In this document: piece after piece, positions 60,663 to 64,000 of the stretch
How positions within the stretch are numbered: position 1 is the first letter of the stretch
Layout: the number at the start of each line of letters is the position of its first letter
Assembly (NCBI GenBank): GCA_963719515.1
Contig: CAVRCJ010000003.1
Span: 224,001 to 288,000, forward strand
DNA from: an uncultured cyanobacterium
GTDB taxonomy: Bacteria > Cyanobacteriota > Cyanobacteriia > CAKZMO01
Direction: 5' to 3'
DNA length: 64,000 nt
Made by a program: the position numbers and the translations under genes
The notes under the pieces: generated by a model
The model's database searches: none
Seen by the model: the letters and a program-made list of their open reading frames with translations, nothing else
What the model was told of the DNA's origin: nothing

Positions 60663-62009
60663 TTACGATGAACGACTTGATGCGGCCTCCGGCAGTACCG
60701 GCGGCGCAGAAACGCTGGTGGTATCAGCGCTGACCATCACGCTTTGGTAGATTTCCAGCATTCGATCTACCTTAACGTTCCAATCGAAATGACGCAGCAC
60801 TTTTTCTCGTCCCGCTGCGCCCATCGCCGCTCGCTCTTGAGGCGATCGCGCTAGCCGCACCATAGCAGCGGTTAACCCCTCAACGAACGCCTCTTTAGAA
60901 GAGGGCTCGACGAGAATACCACAGGACGGGTCGAGGTAGTCGGCCGGGCCGCCCCAGTGGGTTGCGATCGCCGGAATACCGACAGCCATAGCTTCTAGCA
61001 CAACGGCCCCACCACATTCTAGGAGGCTGGGTAGAACCAAGGCATCGGCTTGTCTAAGTCGGCTTGCACAGTCTTGCTGCGGAAGCCAGCCTGCAAAAAA
61101 TATGCGACCTGCTTGACTGGGAGCCGTTGCCAAGACGCCTAGCGCTTCCGCCTGGTGTTCTAAACTTGCTCTCTCGACGCCGTCGCCAATAATTGTCAGC
61201 GTGATCTCAGCCTCTGAAGCCGCTTGCCTAAACGCCGGCAGCAGCAAGTCGACGGCTTTCCAATCCACTAGCCTGCCCACAAAGACGTAGTGGACGGCCT
61301 CAGTTTCTCCTGCTGCTCCGGCTTCTTCCACAGCCGCCTCTAGCGCATGAGACTGCCAGACGGATAGGTCTACTCCATTTTCCACCAGCTCGATAACCTG
61401 CTGACACTCTGTTTGAGGCAGGGCCTCGCGCGTGCGCTCATTTGCCACCATGAGCAGCGCGGCTTTCCGCTTCCCAGGCATTATTCTGTTGATGACATTA
61501 GCGGCCCGTCGCCCGAACTCTAAAGTAGTCTGCTCTATAGGGCTCTGATTCTTTTGAAACGCTGGGGGATAATTCATGCCACCGTTCATTGGACCAATGA
61601 TAACGGGCGCATCCATCCCAAAAATCGTAGAGGGTTCTTTGGGAGATACCGGAATCGGCTGATGGATGACGGTGATTTTCTTCTCTTTTACAATCTGCTT
61701 AGCGATGCGCCTTTGCGCTAGCTGAGTCATGAGACGCATGGCGAAGCCTACTGTGAAGTAGAACAATCGACCGGGCAATACAGTGTTGAGCCGCCAAAGC
61801 CAGCGTTGCCAGATATTGTCTTCGATATAGATAATATGGTCGTCTTCAGGAAACAGCCTTTGCAGCTCTGGGCGGGTGCGGGCATGCACCAGCATCCAGG
61901 ATGGAATATCTCGCTGACGGAGAATGCGATAGTAATGCAGGGGCAGAACAGCTTCGCCCCCAAACTCAGCAGAGGCGTGCTCGGCGACAATCAGTATTCG
62001 AGGATCCAT
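60663..62009 (-). CDS. Glycosyltransferase family 4
   Basis: FVGRLVDWK and [19 protein letters not shown]. Confidence 0.9.
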   Translation of the reverse strand: MDPRILIVAEHASAEFGGEAVLPLHYYRILRQRDIPSWMLVHARTRPELQRLFPEDDHIIYIEDNIWQRWLWRLNTVLPGRLFYFTVGFAMRLMTQLAQRRIAKQIVKEKKITVIHQPIPVSPKEPSTIFGMDAPVIIGPMNGGMNYPPAFQKNQSPIEQTTLEFGRRAANVINRIMPGKRKAALLMVANERTREALPQTECQQVIELVENGVDLSVWQSHALEAAVEEAGAAGETEAVHYVFVGRLVDWKAVDLLLPAFRQAASEAEITLTIIGDGVERASLEHQAEALGVLATAPSQAGRIFFAGWLPQQDCASRLRQADALVLPSLLECGGAVVLEAMAVGIPAIATHWGGPADYLDPSCGILVEPSSKEAFVEGLTAAMVRLARSPQERAAMGAAGREKVLRHFDWNVKVDRMLEIYQSVMVSADTTSVSAPPVLPEAASSRSS

Positions 62010-62956
62010 CTAAGTTGACGCTCACAGATATATCCATTTCTTTTATTTCTGCTCAATAAATTTGGTTGGGTCAGGACAATGCGCTGAGTCAAGCTGTGAG
62101 CGTTGAGTAAAGAGTTGACGAAGGACCCCTCTTCAAAAAGCGATGCTGGGGCAACTTTCAACTGAGAATCTTTCCGAGGTTGAACCAGAACTGTTTTTGA
62201 AAAGCGCCCTGGCAAAGTTCGGACGAGATTTATCTACAGCGGCAGTTGCTGTAGATACGCTTGTTTAGAGCCGGTTGAGGAAACCTTTCTTAAAAATCGC
62301 CGTCATGACAGGTGTATTGCTCAAAAGGCTTGATAAAGAGCCGAAAACGTGCATTACGCAGCATCTATCGCTACCATCACGGAAACCAAGGTAGAAACAC
62401 GGGGATAACGAGCTAAGAGCGCCCCGACTGCCCGAAGCAGCTCCGAGTTTGTCAATAGTTTTACTGAGCTTCTGGGCGCAAGCACAAAGAGGGCCAAAGG
62501 GGTTTCCCAAGGCAACAGCCTTCTATTGCCGGGATCTTTAAAATCTTCTCCCGGAACAACATTGGCCTTTCAGCGTCCAACGTAGCTAGCAACAGGGCAT
62601 CTCAAAAAATCAGCATCTCCGTAGAGAACAGGCCCGACAGCTAATTTGTTTTATCTGCCCTATTGCTTGAAATAGGGTTTCTAGCTCGAAGCGCCGCGTA
62701 GGCGATAGGGCGCGTCATTGTCCTGATGCATCAAGACAATCGGCAAAAAGATTTACGCATCAACCGCAATCAGGAGCCCTGCCAGTTTGGACGATTCTGG
62801 CACTCAGCTTTGCTTGGGCAGCTCTGACGAGTCAGTCCATTGCCTCGTGGCCTCCGGATAGGCCGCCTGCCAATGGACAGGCTTGCACCAAAGATAATCG
62901 CCTCCTGCTGTATGGCAGGCGAGCACTGCAACACGACCATAAGGATTCTTCACGCT

Positions 62957-64000
62957 ATGAACATGCAAGCTCATCATTCATCTGGAATGGCCCACGCTGA
63001 CAACCCCGCCAAGCAAAAAGAGCACATGGCGGTGCTGGACTTGGTGAAGCATGGTGACGCCACTCACGTCGCTGTCAAAAATGGAAACTGGTCTGATGCC
63101 AGCACCTGGAGGGGGGGGAAGGTTCCTGGAAATGGTGCCAAGGTATTGATTGGCGACAACCTGAACGTTAAGTACGACGCCCAAAGCGACGCTCGCCTAA
63201 AGACCATTCGCGTCGACGGTCAGCTCGACTTTGCCACCCAACAAAATACCAAAATGGTGATTGACACCTTTGTGGTGTCACCCAGCGGCACGCTTACCGT
63301 CGGCACCAAGCAGAATCCCGTTGCGGGCAACGTTGACGCTGAAATTTGGATTGCAGACAACGGCAAGATTGACCGCAGGTGGGATCCCACTCAGATCAGC
63401 CGAGGCCTTATCTCCCATGGTGAAGTAGAGATCTATGGGCAAGAGAAAGCGAGCCACGTAAAGGTCTCCAAAAACGCAATGGCGGGGGACCAAGAGCTGG
63501 TTCTTGGCGAGGCACCAAAGAACTGGCAGGTAGGCGACTCCCTCGTCCTGACGGGAACTAAGCACGTTCCGAGCAAGTGGAATCCGCAAAAGCGCGAGAT
63601 GGAATGGCAGGGCACTCAAGATGAGGAGCTCACGATCAAAGCGATTAACGGCAACCGCGTTACCCTCGATCGCCCTTTGACCTACGACCACGACACGCCG
63701 CGCAGCGACCTCAAAGCCTACGTCACCAACTTCAGCCGCAACGTCTCGATTACTAGTGAGAATGCCGACCGGCTGCCGTCTAATCAGCGGGGCCACGTCA
63801 TGTTCATGCACTCCGACGATGTGGACGTGCGCTATGCCGAGTTTCGCGAGCTGGGCCGTAGCGATAAATCAATCCGGTTTGACGATTTTCGCACCACGAG
63901 CAACGGCACCCGCATCCTAGACGGTAAGGGTAATACGCAGGCCGGCCCTTCAAACAATATTCGAGGGCGATACGCCGTTCACTTCCACCGCTCTGGGGAC
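62957..64000 (+). CDS. Large G8-domain protein, truncated at the window edge and absent from the ORF track
   Basis: Manual translation MNMQAHHSSG..THVAVKNGNWSDASTWRGGKVPGNGAKVLI..LTVGTKQNPV..NWQVGDSLVLTGT..RGHVMFMH..RGRYAVHFHR; AAGGA upstream of the ATG. Confidence 0.8.
   Translation, partial: MNMQAHHSSGMAHADNPAKQKEHMAVLDLVKHGDATHVAVKNGNWSDASTWRGGKVPGNGAKVLIGDNLNVKYDAQSDARLKTIRVDGQLDFATQQNTKMVIDTFVVSPSGTLTVGTKQNPVAGNVDAEIWIADNGKIDRRWDPTQISRGLISHGEVEIYGQEKASHVKVSKNAMAGDQELVLGEAPKNWQVGDSLVLTGTKHVPSKWNPQKREMEWQGTQDEELTIKAINGNRVTLDRPLTYDHDTPRSDLKAYVTNFSRNVSITSENADRLPSNQRGHVMFMHSDDVDVRYAEFRELGRSDKSIRFDDFRTTSNGTRILDGKGNTQAGPSNNIRGRYAVHFHRSGD

Noticed and set aside
62228..62257. TCTAC...GTAGAT hairpin resembling a Cas12a repeat
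   Set aside because: Single copy, longer stem, no spacers and no cas genes.

Overview
Cyanobacterial chromosomal window, high GC by eye and densely seeded with the HIP1 octamer GCGATCGC. Most of it is housekeeping or conserved cyanobacterial genes: rodA, ppx, rsmG, cdsA, a pabB-pabC fusion, hrcA, purK, radC, mini-RNase III/rlmB, speB, pyrH-frr, pgm and fabG. Five things stand out. (1) A translationally coupled oxalate-CoA ligase-like + PanE2-like pair (7422-9919) resembles the proteobacterial oxalate-to-glyoxylate assimilation module. (2) A tnpA-less IS200/IS605 element (35639-37015) has readable ends, an intact TnpB and a hidden 46-aa ribbon-helix-helix gene where tnpA would normally sit. 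(3) A five-gene soluble Cph1/Rcp1-type phosphorelay (39827-45152) has no DNA-binding output. (4) A STAS gene probably starts at ATT. (5) A G10 homopolymer appears to frameshift the 3' end of a conserved gene. A large G8-domain gene missing from the ORF track runs off the right edge. No rRNA, tRNA or CRISPR array was seen. All family assignments come from motif recognition by eye; no database searches were run.
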